This document shows positions 1 to 9,674 of a stretch of 64,000 nucleotides of DNA, in pieces (positions within the stretch are counted from its first letter, which is position 1; each line of letters opens with the position of its first letter). The notes beneath the pieces were generated by a model. That model saw only the letters and a list, made by a program, of their open reading frames with translations. It was not told the origin of the DNA and did no database searches. This DNA comes from Rhodoferax sp. (GTDB lineage: Bacteria; Pseudomonadota; Gammaproteobacteria; Burkholderiales; Burkholderiaceae_C): positions 10,572 through 74,571 of the forward strand of contig JANNCN010000023.1 of NCBI GenBank assembly GCA_031386665.1, read 5' to 3'. Position numbers and translations under genes: made by a program.

Positions 1-158
1 TGATGGACTCTGACCGCATGATCACGCACATTTGCTATGAAGTTGGGTTCAATAACGTGGCCAATTTCAACCGCCGTTTTCTTAGCGTCAAAGGCATGAC
101 GCCAAGCGAATTCAGAAAACAGGTGGACACCCGGTTTGGTGGCTCCGCACGGCATTGA
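1..158 (+). CDS. AraC/XylS-family transcriptional regulator, C-terminal fragment (5' end outside window)
   Basis: Frame 3 reads MITHICYEVGFNNVANFNRRFLSVKGMTPSEFRKQ..., the second HTH of the AraC signature. TGA at 156-158. Confidence 0.75.
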   Translation, partial: MDSDRMITHICYEVGFNNVANFNRRFLSVKGMTPSEFRKQVDTRFGGSARH

Positions 159-189
159 ATTGCCATGATCGTGAATTTCGCAATTTGCC

Positions 190-318
190 AAATCTGATAT
201 CACCGGTGATATCAGATTTCTTGTAAGGGTGGTAAAAATGTGGTTTGGGCCGATTTTTGAGCAAAATTGGCCCTTGGCCCTCTAATTTATTCATTAGTTT
301 GCTATATAAATAGTAGTA
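190..318 (-). repeat. AT-rich modular intergenic repeat, copy 1 (30-bp perfect palindrome 190-219, distal module, core)
   Basis: Reverse complement aligns with copy 29502-29624: TATAGCAAACTA..ATTAGAGGGCC core, CCAATTTTGCTCAAAAATCGGCC..CCACATTT distal module. AAATCTGATATCACC/GGTGATATCAGATTT palindrome at the far end. Confidence 0.6.
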
Positions 319-521
319 AATTGACAGATTGGTAATTTTGTTAATTTGCTACCCAACTGCCTAGCTACAAATCCATTGCCCGCGCCACGGCTTCAGCCAT
401 TCAAATCACGTCCACATCGGCTTACACCGGGCATTCCACAGTTGCCCATCACCCTCCGGGCACGAGCCCGAGACATTTTGGCTCTAGAAGTTCTGCTTGA
501 GCGCAATGTGAAATAGCAGCC

Positions 522-1961
522 TCAGATCCACTTGAATGCCGATTTCAGCGCCCGCCGCAAGTATGTCGGTACTTCGCCAGCTGAAAACAGGGTTGCTGCC
601 AATGCGAACTGCGATCGGACCACTGCTTTCTCGTGACTGAAGGCCTTAAATCCATAGTGGCCATGGGCGTTGCCCAGTCCGGAATTATTGACACCGCCAA
701 ACGGCAGTCGGCCATGCAAAAAATGCACCAGCGCGTGGTTGACGCAAGCACCGCCTGAAGCTGTCTGCTGCAGCACGCGCTGGATGTGTTCATCCGTCTG
801 GCTGTAGATATACAAAGCCAAGGGCTTGGGTGCCGCATTGATTTTTGCAATCACGTCATCCAGGCTGTTAAATGCAATGACGGGCAACAACGGGCCAAAG
901 ATTTCTTCGTCCATGATGCGGGCATCGGCCGGTATGCCATCCAGGAGCGTCGGGGCCACAAAACAACCCGACTCCGACACGCCACCGCCCACCAGCACCC
1001 GCGCGCCACGGGCGTTGGCATCTTCGAGCAGGCCTTTCACGCGGGAGGTATGGCGCGCATTCACGATGTGGGCCAGGTGCGGGCTCTTTTGCTGTTCCTC
1101 AAACGACTTGCCATACGCTTTTTCAAGGATGGCGCGACATGCGGACACCCATTGGTCCTTGATGCTTTCATGTACAAATACAAAGTCAGGTGCAATGCAG
1201 GTTTGCCCGGCATTGGCAAACTTGGCCCACATGATGTTTTGGGCAGCAAGCTGAACATTGGCACTGGCGTCCACAATCGTCGGGCTCTTGCCACCCAGCT
1301 CCAGTGTCACGCTGGCCAGATGCTTCGCGGCCGCAGTCATTACCCGTTTGCCAATGGCCGGGCTGCCCGTGAAGAATATGTGGTCAAACGGAAGGTCCAA
1401 CAACGCCTGTGCGACATCTGCTTCGCCTTCGAAAATCGCGACTTCATCGCTTGCAAACGTCTCACGCACGATCTTCGCCATCAGCGCGGAAATGTGAGGC
1501 GTCAACTCAGAAGGCTTGATGATGGCTGTGTTGCCCGCCGCAATCGCAGACACCAATGGGCCAAACGTCAGATTGACCGGGTAATTCCAAGGCGAGATGA
1601 TCAGGCAACGCCCGCGTGGCATGTACTGCACATGGCTGCGGGTGCCCAATGTAAGCAGGGTGGGCCAGACGCGCGTCGGCTTCATCCATTTCTTGAGGTG
1701 CGAAATGGCATCGTTGGCCTCGACGCAAACTGGCAAGATTTCGGCTAAATCTACTTCACCCTTTGGTTTTTTGAAATCGGCAAACGCGGCTTCATACAAG
1801 TCGTCGGTGTGGGCCAACACCGCATCCCGCAATCGCTTCAACTTCTTGATTCTTTGCTCTGCGGTGGAGCTGCGCAGTCTCAGTGCACAGGCGCCCTGAC
1901 TTTCAAAGACGCTCTGGATACTGGATATTGAAGAGGTGGTGATTGTGGGTTCGTTTGGCAT
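522..1961 (-). CDS. NAD(P)-dependent aldehyde dehydrogenase (ALDH3/coniferyl-aldehyde-DH-like)
   Basis: ELGGKSP and FANAGQTCIAPD catalytic motifs. Start moved to ATG 1961 (MPNEPT...) because the longer ORF adds a non-homologous leader. Confidence 0.9.
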   Translation of the reverse strand: MPNEPTITTSSISSIQSVFESQGACALRLRSSTAEQRIKKLKRLRDAVLAHTDDLYEAAFADFKKPKGEVDLAEILPVCVEANDAISHLKKWMKPTRVWPTLLTLGTRSHVQYMPRGRCLIISPWNYPVNLTFGPLVSAIAAGNTAIIKPSELTPHISALMAKIVRETFASDEVAIFEGEADVAQALLDLPFDHIFFTGSPAIGKRVMTAAAKHLASVTLELGGKSPTIVDASANVQLAAQNIMWAKFANAGQTCIAPDFVFVHESIKDQWVSACRAILEKAYGKSFEEQQKSPHLAHIVNARHTSRVKGLLEDANARGARVLVGGGVSESGCFVAPTLLDGIPADARIMDEEIFGPLLPVIAFNSLDDVIAKINAAPKPLALYIYSQTDEHIQRVLQQTASGGACVNHALVHFLHGRLPFGGVNNSGLGNAHGHYGFKAFSHEKAVVRSQFALAATLFSAGEVPTYLRRALKSAFKWI

Positions 1962-2142
1962 GGCCGTATTTATTGAGGGAACTGGAAATCGACAAGGCTT
2001 GAGACGGTAGTTTGGCACACCGGCAGTCGCGCTGAGAAGCGACAAAAGTCCAGCATACCAAGCCAATCAAACCTTTCTCGATTCACAACGAAATTTGCCA
2101 CAACCAACTCTACGTAAGCCGAGCAGAGCATGACTGACGAAG

Positions 2143-3816
2143 CTACAACGCCATTGCCCGCGCCACCGCCTCCGCCACCCGAATCCCATCCACACCGGCC
2201 GACAAAATGCCGCCCGCGTAGCTGGCACCTTCGCCAGCGGGGTACAAGCCCGCGATGTTGACGCTCTGAAAGTCGTCGTGCCGCGTGATTTTGATGGGCG
2301 ACGACGTGCGGGTTTCAACACCGGTCAACACCGCGTCGTCCATGTCAAAACCTTTGACTTTTTTGCCAAAGGCGGGCAGTGCTTCACGGATCGCGGCAAT
2401 GGCGTAAGCGGGCAGGGCGTTGGACAAGCTGCCCAGCTTCACGCCCGGTTGGTAAGACGGTGTGACCGTGCCCAAGCTGGTGGAAGCACGGTCTGCCAGA
2501 AAGTCACCAACCAGTTGGCCAGGTGCCTCGTAGGTGCTGCCGCCCAGCACATAAGCGTTCGATTCCAACCGCCGTTGCAACTCGATGCCAGCCAGCGGGT
2601 GATTGGCGACGCCGTCAAGCGCGGGGTAGTCGGCGGGGTCAATGCCCACCACGATGCCCGCATTGGCATTGCGTTCATTGCGCGAATACTGGCTCATGCC
2701 GTTCGTCACCACTCGGCCCACTTCAGACGTTGCAGCCACCACAGTACCGCCGGGGCACATGCAAAAGCTGTACACCGAGCGGCCTTGGGCCAAGCCGCGC
2801 GCGCCGTGGTGCACCAGTTTGTATTCGGCCGCGCCCAGCAGCGGATTGCCCGCATGGCGGCCCCAGCGTGCCCGGTCGATCAAGCCCTGCGGGTGCTCGA
2901 TGCGAAAGCCGATAGAGAAAGCTTTGGCCTGCAAAAAAACGCCGCGCACGTGCAACATGGCAAAGGTGTCGCGTGCGCTGTGGCCCAGTGCCATCACCAC
3001 CTGATCGGCGCGAAGCTCGTAGCTGGTGTTGCTGGCCACATCCAGCACGGTCACTGCGCGGATGTGCTGCGTGCGGCCCATGGCATCTGCGGGGGCGGGT
3101 TGCAACAGCATATTTGTCACCCGCTGTTCAAAACGAATTTCGCCACCCAGCGCGATGATTTCCGCACGCATGTTTTCCACCACCTTCACCAGCTTGAAGG
3201 TGCCAATGTGCGGGTGCGACTCAATCAAAATGTCTTCGGGTGCGCCAGCCTTCACAAATTCCTGCATCACCTTGCGACCCAAATGGCGCGGGTCTTTGAT
3301 CTGGCTCCACAGCTTGCCGTCTGAAAACGTGCCCGCGCCACCTTCGCCAAACTGCACATTGCTCTCAGGGTCAAGCTGGTTTTTGCGCCAAAGGCCCCAG
3401 GTGTCTTGCGTGCGATCGCGAACTTTTTTGCCGCGTTCCAGCACGATGGGTTTGAAGCCCATTTGAGCCAAAATCAGGGCGGCAAAAATTCCGCAAGGGC
3501 CAAAACCAACGACAACGGGTCGCAGCGCCACATTGGCGCCGGCCTGGGCGACGGGTCGGTACGCCATGTCTGGCGTGGGGCCGATGTGCAGGTGGCCTGC
3601 AAATTGCGCCAGCAGTGCAGCTTCTCGTGCTGGCGGTAGTGTCACGTCAACAATGTAGACCATCAGCACTTCGGCTTTGCGAGCGTCGTAGCTGCGTTTG
3701 AAGATTTGAACGGTGGCGTTGTCTGCAGATGTGACGCCCAGCGTCTTGTGCACTAGAGCGGTCAAATCATCGGGGGTGTGGTCAAGCCCCACTTTAAGTT
3801 CGGTGAGTCGGATCAT
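2143..3816 (-). CDS. FAD-dependent dehydrogenase (COG2509-like NAD(FAD)-utilizing dehydrogenase)
   Basis: Dinucleotide-binding VVVGFGPCGIFAALILAQMG and a long conserved body. AGGA 7 nt upstream of ATG 3816 (MIRLTELKVG). Confidence 0.85.
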   Translation of the reverse strand: MIRLTELKVGLDHTPDDLTALVHKTLGVTSADNATVQIFKRSYDARKAEVLMVYIVDVTLPPAREAALLAQFAGHLHIGPTPDMAYRPVAQAGANVALRPVVVGFGPCGIFAALILAQMGFKPIVLERGKKVRDRTQDTWGLWRKNQLDPESNVQFGEGGAGTFSDGKLWSQIKDPRHLGRKVMQEFVKAGAPEDILIESHPHIGTFKLVKVVENMRAEIIALGGEIRFEQRVTNMLLQPAPADAMGRTQHIRAVTVLDVASNTSYELRADQVVMALGHSARDTFAMLHVRGVFLQAKAFSIGFRIEHPQGLIDRARWGRHAGNPLLGAAEYKLVHHGARGLAQGRSVYSFCMCPGGTVVAATSEVGRVVTNGMSQYSRNERNANAGIVVGIDPADYPALDGVANHPLAGIELQRRLESNAYVLGGSTYEAPGQLVGDFLADRASTSLGTVTPSYQPGVKLGSLSNALPAYAIAAIREALPAFGKKVKGFDMDDAVLTGVETRTSSPIKITRHDDFQSVNIAGLYPAGEGASYAGGILSAGVDGIRVAEAVARAMAL

Positions 3817-3905
3817 GGTTTTCCTGGGTGGCTTGTGGTTATCAAGCAGTGCCGTCATCATAAATCCTGTGCTGTAAAGGTCTCGGTGATGTAATACACA
3901 ACGTG

Positions 3906-3939
3906 AAAAAAGTAATGATAAAACTGAGTATTACTTTTT
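3906..3939. promoter_or_regulatory. Inverted repeat upstream of vapB, putative antitoxin operator
   Basis: AAAAAGTAAT (3906-3915) and ATTACTTTTT (3930-3939) are perfect 10-nt arms just upstream of the GGAG RBS and ATG 3951. Confidence 0.4.
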
Positions 3940-3950
3940 AGGAGCCCGTC

Positions 3951-4205
3951 ATGAGTTACGCCCTGACCAGCAAAAGCCAGGTCACACTGCCCAAAAATAT
4001 GCGTTTGCACCTAGGCGTGCGCCCAGGCGACGCCGTGGATTTTGAGCCACTGCCAGATGGTCGGGTGGCTATTTCGCCAGCTCGGCCAGAGCATGCCAAG
4101 CGGCCAGTGGACAACCCGTTTCGCAAGTTTCTAGGAATTGGCCTTGCGGGGATGAGTACAGAAGATATGTTGCGCGAAACACGGGGCGAAGGCAGCCTGC
4201 GATGA
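3951..4205 (+). CDS. vapB: AbrB/SpoVT-family antitoxin (VapB-type)
   Basis: N-terminal SKSQVTLPKNMRLHLGVRPGD swapped-hairpin motif. 4-nt ATGA overlap with the downstream PIN gene. Confidence 0.8.
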   Translation: MSYALTSKSQVTLPKNMRLHLGVRPGDAVDFEPLPDGRVAISPARPEHAKRPVDNPFRKFLGIGLAGMSTEDMLRETRGEGSLR

Positions 4206-4606
4206 TTTTGGTGGACACCAGTGTTTTGATCGACGTGATCGAACAGCAGCCGGTTTGGGCTGAATGGAGCGTTGAGCGGCTCAATGATTGCGCCATGCAA
4301 CACCCGCTGGCGATCAACATCGTGATTTACGCTGAAATTTCGCGCAGCTTTGCAGATGCCATCTCACTGGATCTGTTTTTGCGCAGCGCCAATATCAAGG
4401 TTGATGCAATTTCCAACTGAGCATCGTTCGCAGCTGCCAAAGCGCATACGGCTTACCGTGCTGCAGGTGGCACACGCCAGGCCACTTTGCCTGATTTTTC
4501 CATCGGCGCGCATGCGCAAGAAGCGGGTTACGCCTTGTTGACCCGCGACCCGGTGAGAATAAAAACCTACTTTCCTGATGTGAAACTGATCTGCCCGGCG
4601 GATTGA
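4202..4606 (+). pseudogene. vapC: PIN-domain toxin VapC interrupted by an in-frame TGA at 4418-4420
   Basis: MILVDTSVLID... stops after 72 aa. The same frame continues ASFAAAKAHTAYRAAGGTRQATLPDFSIGAHAQEAGYALLTRDPVRIKTYFPDVKLI to TGA 4604-4606, which supplies the missing C-terminal acidic PIN residues. Confidence 0.7.
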
Positions 4607-4673
4607 CCTGTTTCGCGCACCAGCCACAAATGCCGCCGATGCCGCTGCCAATTCCGCTGCAGCCACTCAAGGA

Positions 4674-5591
4674 TCAAGCCGGCAAAAACCCTTCAATCGA
4701 CAAATACCGCTCTCCGGTGTCGTAGTTGAACCCTAGCACCGTGGCCCCTGCAGGCAAGTCGGGCAATTTTTGGGCGATGGCGGCAAGAGTAGCACCGCTG
4801 GAGATACCCACCAAAATACCTTCCTCGCGCGCGCAACGGCGGGCCATTTCGCGAGCCGGTTCGGCGTCGACTTGAATCACGCCGTCGAGCAGGGCGGTGT
4901 GCAAGTTTTTGGGGATGAAGCCCGCGCCAATGCCTTGGATGGGATGCGGCGAGGGCGCACCGCCCGAAATCACAGGCGACGCCAAAGGCTCTACGGCGTA
5001 AACCTTCAAATTGGGCCATTTGGCTTTTAGCACCTGCGCGCAGCCAGTCAGGTGGCCGCCCGTGCCCACGCCGGTGATCAGCGCGTCAACGCCTTGCGGG
5101 AAGTCCGCCAGTATTTCAAGCGCGGTGGTTCGCGCATGCACGTCGATATTCGCCGGGTTTTCAAATTGCTGGGGCATCCACGAGTTGGGAGTGGCGGCGA
5201 CCAATTCCATTGCGCGGGCGATCGAGCCTTTCATGCCTTTTTCACGCGGCGTCAAGTCAAACGATGCGCCATAGGCCAGCATCAAACGGCGACGCTCGAT
5301 GGACATGCTGTCGGGCATCACCAAGACCAGTTTGTGGCCCTTCACTGCTGCCACCATGGCCAGCCCAATGCCGGTGTTGCCAGAGGTGGGCTCAATGATG
5401 GTGCCGCCAGGTTTTAAATCGCCCGATTTTTCAGCCGCCTCCACCATGGCCAAAGCGATGCGGTCTTTGATCGAGCCGCCCGGGTTGCCGCGCTCTGATT
5501 TGATGTAGACGTTGTGGCCAGCGCCAAACAGGCGGTTCATGCGCACGTGCGGCGTGTTGCCAATGGTTTGTAGGATGTTTTCAGCTTTCAC
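4674..5591 (-). CDS. cysK: Cysteine synthase (O-acetylserine sulfhydrylase, PLP-dependent)
   Basis: GGSIKDR, TSGNTG and GTGGH motifs. Start set at GTG 5591, 6 nt downstream of AAGGAG; the longer ORF to 5699 would run into rnpB. Confidence 0.8.
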   Translation of the reverse strand: MKAENILQTIGNTPHVRMNRLFGAGHNVYIKSERGNPGGSIKDRIALAMVEAAEKSGDLKPGGTIIEPTSGNTGIGLAMVAAVKGHKLVLVMPDSMSIERRRLMLAYGASFDLTPREKGMKGSIARAMELVAATPNSWMPQQFENPANIDVHARTTALEILADFPQGVDALITGVGTGGHLTGCAQVLKAKWPNLKVYAVEPLASPVISGGAPSPHPIQGIGAGFIPKNLHTALLDGVIQVDAEPAREMARRCAREEGILVGISSGATLAAIAQKLPDLPAGATVLGFNYDTGERYLSIEGFLPA

Positions 5592-5648
5592 AAAAGGCTC
5601 CTTGAAGTGGGTGAGTCGCAACATTGTGGCGCACTGCGATAATCTGAG

Positions 5649-6032
5649 GGTGAAGCCTGCCAGACTGCCGCTGGTGCTAGCCGCAAGGCCGACGCGCAAG
5701 CGCCGGGTGGAAACACCGCACTGGAGGAACGTCCGGACTGCACAGGGCAGCGTAGCAGCTAACAGCTGTCCACTGAAACCCCGTCGCGCAAGCGGTGGGC
5801 ATAAGGTGAGGATCAGAGCAACAGAGACGAGTCAGGCCAGGGGTAACCTTGGTTTGGGTGAAACGGGCAATCTCTACGCGCAGCAATACCAAGTAGGCCA
5901 GCGTTGATGGGGCCCCCAGAGCTGGCGGGTAGGTAGCACCGAGCCGTTGAGCGATCAACGGCCCAGATTAATGGCAGTCACGTGAGGGGCAACTTTCACG
6001 CACAGAATCCGGCTTATCGGTGGGCTTCACAC
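5649..6032 (+). ncRNA. rnpB: RNase P RNA, bacterial type A
   Basis: GGAGGAACGTCCGGACT (P4 5' strand), CACAGAATCCGGCTTATCGG (P4 3' strand), GTGAAGCC/GGCTTCAC P1 pairing, T-run after the 3' end. Collinear with E. coli M1 RNA by eye. Confidence 0.85.
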
Positions 6033-6203
6033 TTTTTTTGAAAGCAGTTTTCGGGGCCAGACGAGCACTTTGGACGGATTTGGGGAAGATTTCGGTCCGG
6101 TTGCGGACTTTTTAAATCAAACAAATCGATTAAAACGTGTAATTTTGGGGCTATTTCACCAAACTAAGGTGGCTAGTCTAGGGAAAACCCGTATATTGAG
6201 GGC

Positions 6204-6935
6204 ATGGTAGAAACTAAAGCTCTCATCAAAGCCTCGCAAGAGGCATGCAAGGAACTTCTGCGAAACCCTGCAAATCGCCCCAGCAATGACGCTGCCGACA
6301 AACCGGCCGCGGCGATGGTGCCGATTCGTTCGCTCGGCGAAAACCATCGCGGGCGCATTTCAGCCCACTTGCTGGCGCTGGACCCGCAAGACCGTTACCT
6401 GCGCTTTGGCTATGCCGCCAGTGACGAGCAAATCGAACGCTACGTCGCCAGCCTGAATTTTGAGCGCGACGAGATTTTTGGCATTTACAACCGCAAACTG
6501 GTTCTGGTGGCGATGGCGCACCTGGCCTATGCGCCGGTGGACCACTGCGAATCTTGCGCTGAATTTGGCGTGTCCGTGTCCAAATTGGCGCGGGGTCGGG
6601 GTTATGGCTCGCGCCTGTTCGATCGGGCCGCCATGCATGCACGCAATGACAAAGTCAGCATGATGTTCATTCACGCGCTGAGTGAAAACTCGGCCATGCT
6701 CAAAATTGCGCGCAACGCCGGTGCCACGGTCGAGCGCGATGGCAGCGAGTCTGAGGCCTACTTGCGCTTGCTGCCCGCCACGCTGGACAGCCGCATGACT
6801 GAGATGGTGGAGGAGCAATTTGCCCAGGTCGACTACCGCATCAAAGTGCAGGCAAAGCAGTTTTGGGACTTTTTGTCCGAGTTGCAGGGCGTGCGCCGGG
6901 GCGTGATGGATGCCCAGCGGGACAATCCGGAGTGA
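6204..6935 (+). CDS. GNAT-family N-acetyltransferase
   Basis: Acetyl-CoA binding-like KLARGRGYGSRLF motif. Start uncertain (alternative ATG 6315). Confidence 0.65.
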   Translation: MVETKALIKASQEACKELLRNPANRPSNDAADKPAAAMVPIRSLGENHRGRISAHLLALDPQDRYLRFGYAASDEQIERYVASLNFERDEIFGIYNRKLVLVAMAHLAYAPVDHCESCAEFGVSVSKLARGRGYGSRLFDRAAMHARNDKVSMMFIHALSENSAMLKIARNAGATVERDGSESEAYLRLLPATLDSRMTEMVEEQFAQVDYRIKVQAKQFWDFLSELQGVRRGVMDAQRDNPE

Positions 6936-6992
6936 TCCAGATCAAAGTTAGGCGATGGGGCTTCTTGGCGCACCCAGCGCAATCCGTTATCC

Positions 6993-7904
6993 TTGGCGGA
7001 TCGTAACAACGGCCCCCAACGGCCCCTTTGTGTGTCCGACACCCAACCCGCGCGACTGACTGGCACCCCGCCTGACCGCGAAGACAAGCGCACTTTTTTA
7101 CAAAAGCTGGCCGAATTCATTCACCCTGGACCGGATTCGACAGACGAACTGATCGAAACCCTTGTCGAGGCGGAAGACAACAAGGTAATTGGAGCCGAGT
7201 CGCGCGCCATGCTCGAAGGCGTCATCCGCATGGCTGACATGACCGCAGGCGACGTGATGGTGCCCGCCACCCGGCTGGACTTGCTCAACATCAACGCACC
7301 GATGGACGAGTTGCTGCACTTGGTCATCGACACGGCGCACTCGCGTTTTCCGGTGTTTGAGGGTGAGCGCGAGAACATCATTGGCATTTTGATGGCCAAA
7401 GACCTGCTCAAAATGCAACGCGCGCCTGACCTGAACATTCGCGCCTTGCTGCGCCCAGCCGTTTTTGTGCCTGAAAGCAAGGGTTTGAACGACCTGCTGC
7501 GCGAATTCCGGGGCAACCGCAACCATTTGGCCATGGTGATTGACGAGTTTGGCCGCGTGGCAGGTTTGATCACCATTGAAGACGTGCTGGAGCAAATCGT
7601 CGGCGAAATTGAAGACGAATTTGACATTGCCGAGGACGAAGGCGACATTTTCGCCCTGGCCGACCGCACCTATCGCGTCAGTGGCGACACGGCCATAGAA
7701 CGGGTGGATGAAGCCTTTGCCGTCACTTTGGCCACGTCCGATTCGGCCAATGAATTCAACACTGTCGGTGGATTGATCGCCCACGAGATGGGCCATGTGC
7801 CCAAACGCGGCGAGCAGCACACCCTGGCGGGCTTGAATTTTGCCGTGCTGCACACCAAGGGAGGGGCGGTGAAGTGGTTCAAAGTGTCCCCGCAAAACCG
7901 CTGA
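6993..7904 (+). CDS. corC: CBS-domain HlyC/CorC-family Mg/Co efflux protein
   Basis: MLEGVIRMADMTAGDVMVP CBS pair plus C-terminal CorC_HlyC domain. Conserved position upstream of lnt. Start uncertain (TTG 6993 or GTG 7032). Confidence 0.85.
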   Translation: MADRNNGPQRPLCVSDTQPARLTGTPPDREDKRTFLQKLAEFIHPGPDSTDELIETLVEAEDNKVIGAESRAMLEGVIRMADMTAGDVMVPATRLDLLNINAPMDELLHLVIDTAHSRFPVFEGERENIIGILMAKDLLKMQRAPDLNIRALLRPAVFVPESKGLNDLLREFRGNRNHLAMVIDEFGRVAGLITIEDVLEQIVGEIEDEFDIAEDEGDIFALADRTYRVSGDTAIERVDEAFAVTLATSDSANEFNTVGGLIAHEMGHVPKRGEQHTLAGLNFAVLHTKGGAVKWFKVSPQNR

Positions 7905-7933
7905 CCGTAGGCTTGTAGCCTCAAACGCAAGCT

Positions 7934-9631
7934 TTGTCCTTTGACCGCTCTCGCGTGATTGGCCTCCAAGCAAATGCCCTGATTGCGGCACTGGCGGGGT
8001 TGGCCCATGCGGCTTCCATGGGTTCGCCGTGGGACGGCCAGCCTGTTGGGTGGTTGCAACTGCTGGCGATGGGCTGCTTGGTCTGGCAGCTTGACGGCAG
8101 GTTGTCTCGCCAGCCTTCGACAGATTCGACACCTTCGACACTTTCAGCACCTTTGACAAAAACCACACCTAGTTCAGCCAAAAGCGCGGGTTGGCTTGGC
8201 TGGGTGTTCACCACGGCCTGGCTTTGCGGCACGTTTTGGTGGCTCTACGTGTCCATGCACACCTATGGCGGGCTCAACTCAGTATTAACCGTTTTGGCGA
8301 TTGTTGCGTTGGCGGGCTTGCTGGCTTTGTATTACGCGGTGGCTTGCGCTGTCTATGTGCGTTGGGTACCTGCCAGTCCGGTTTGGGCGGCCGTGCTGTT
8401 TGCGGCACTCTGGACCATGGCTGAAATGTGCCGGGGCACCTGGTTTACCGGGTTTGGCTGGGGCGCAGCGGCCTATGCGCATTTGGACGGTTTGGCCGTC
8501 TTGGCACCTTTCATCGGGGCGTACGGCGTGGGGGCTGTGGCGGCTTTTGTGGCTTGCTTTGTGGCTTTGAACTTGCGCAACTGGGTGCAAGCCAAGGCCG
8601 ATTTGAAGTCAGGTTTGGTATCTGATTTGGGTCACCGCGTTGGCTGGTTCGCTCCTGCGTTGGTCGTGCTGGCGGTTGCGGTTTTGTTCCTTGATGGCGT
8701 GCGAAGTTGGGCCAGGCCCAGCTTCAGCCAGGCTGGCAACACCTTAAGCGTGGCGCTATTGCAAGGAAACATCAAGCAAAACGAGAAGTTTCAGCCCAGC
8801 ACAGGCATTGCCGATGCGCTGGCCTGGTACGGCGCTCAAATCAGCAGCGCCCAAAGCGCCTTGGTGGTGGCCCCCGAAACCGCCTTGCCGCTGCTGCCCC
8901 ACCAATTGCCAGAGGGCTACTGGCAAGCCCTGTTGGCGCAGTTTGCCAAGGGCGCTGTAGGGTCCAAGGCCCTGCTGGTTGGCATTCCGCTGGGCAGCTA
9001 CCGCGACGGTTACACCAATTCGGTGGTGGGGCTGCAAAATGGCCAAAACTACCAGTACGACAAACACCATTTGGTACCTTTTGGTGAATTCATTCCGCCT
9101 TTGTTCAAGTGGTTCACCAATTTGATGAACATTCCGCTGGGCGATTTCAATCGGGGTGCCGTGGGTCAGGCGTCGTTTGAACTGCAAGGCCAGCGCTTGG
9201 CACCCAATATTTGCTACGAAGACTTGTTTGGTGAAGAGTTGGGTGCCCGCTTTGCCAACCCGCTGCACGCGCCGACCATTTTTGTCAATGTCAGCAACAT
9301 TGGCTGGTTTGGTAACACCGTAGCGATTGACCAGCACCTGAGCATTTCGCGCCTGCGGGCCATGGAGTTCGAACGCCCGTTCATTCGCGCCACCAACACG
9401 GGGGCCACCGTCGTGATTGACCACACCGGCCGCGTCACCCATACGCTGCCGCGCCACACACGCGGCGTGCTGCTGGCCGATGTGCAGGGACGCACGGGCC
9501 AGGCAGACAACGGCTATGGTCTGACGCCGTTTGCCCACTGGGTATCGCGCTTTGGCTTGTGGCCTTATTGGCTGATCGCTTTGGGTGTTGTGCTGCTGGC
9601 GGCTGTGTTCAAACGGCACGCACCGCGCTGA
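7934..9631 (+). CDS. lnt: Apolipoprotein N-acyltransferase
   Basis: N-terminal polytopic region plus CN-hydrolase domain (VVAPETALP ... ICYEDLFG). Follows corC as in many proteobacteria. Start uncertain. Confidence 0.85.
   Translation: MSFDRSRVIGLQANALIAALAGLAHAASMGSPWDGQPVGWLQLLAMGCLVWQLDGRLSRQPSTDSTPSTLSAPLTKTTPSSAKSAGWLGWVFTTAWLCGTFWWLYVSMHTYGGLNSVLTVLAIVALAGLLALYYAVACAVYVRWVPASPVWAAVLFAALWTMAEMCRGTWFTGFGWGAAAYAHLDGLAVLAPFIGAYGVGAVAAFVACFVALNLRNWVQAKADLKSGLVSDLGHRVGWFAPALVVLAVAVLFLDGVRSWARPSFSQAGNTLSVALLQGNIKQNEKFQPSTGIADALAWYGAQISSAQSALVVAPETALPLLPHQLPEGYWQALLAQFAKGAVGSKALLVGIPLGSYRDGYTNSVVGLQNGQNYQYDKHHLVPFGEFIPPLFKWFTNLMNIPLGDFNRGAVGQASFELQGQRLAPNICYEDLFGEELGARFANPLHAPTIFVNVSNIGWFGNTVAIDQHLSISRLRAMEFERPFIRATNTGATVVIDHTGRVTHTLPRHTRGVLLADVQGRTGQADNGYGLTPFAHWVSRFGLWPYWLIALGVVLLAAVFKRHAPR
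8114..8167 (+). repeat. 3 x 18-nt imperfect tandem repeat inside lnt
   Basis: CCTTCGACA at 8114 and 8132, CCTTTGACA at 8150. Encodes PSTDST/PSTLSA/PLTKTT. Confidence 0.6.
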
Positions 9632-9674
9632 AGCGCTGAGTTAGAGGACGAATGCCTTTGAAATCAGGCATCTT

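Noticed and set aside
112-294. 60-aa ORF on the minus strand
   Set aside because: It lies across the 30-bp palindrome and repeat copy 1 and overlaps the AraC gene end. There is no RBS or motif.
786-1748. 320-aa ORF on the plus strand
   Set aside because: It lies entirely antisense to the well-supported aldehyde dehydrogenase gene. The Arg/Ala/Gly/His-rich low-complexity translation is typical of shadow ORFs in GC-rich DNA.
2278-3324. 348-aa ORF on the plus strand
   Set aside because: Antisense to the FAD-dependent dehydrogenase, with no recognisable motifs.
5592-5699. N-terminal extension of the cysteine synthase ORF (start at 5699 or 5624)
   Set aside because: It would overlap the 5' part of rnpB and adds non-homologous residues. 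GTG 5591, with an AAGGAG at ideal spacing, gives a canonical ~305-aa CysK.
6040-6110. Possible extra copy of the UvrA-type palindromic unit downstream of rnpB (GGATTTGGGGAAGATTTCGGTCCGG)
   Set aside because: The similarity is limited to a few bases with no inverted partner, so it is not distinguishable from chance by eye.
7098-8168. 356-aa ORF on the minus strand
   Set aside because: Antisense to corC and lnt, whose identities and synteny are strong. The translation is low-complexity.
8756-9619. 287-aa ORF on the minus strand
   Set aside because: Antisense shadow of the lnt CN-hydrolase domain.
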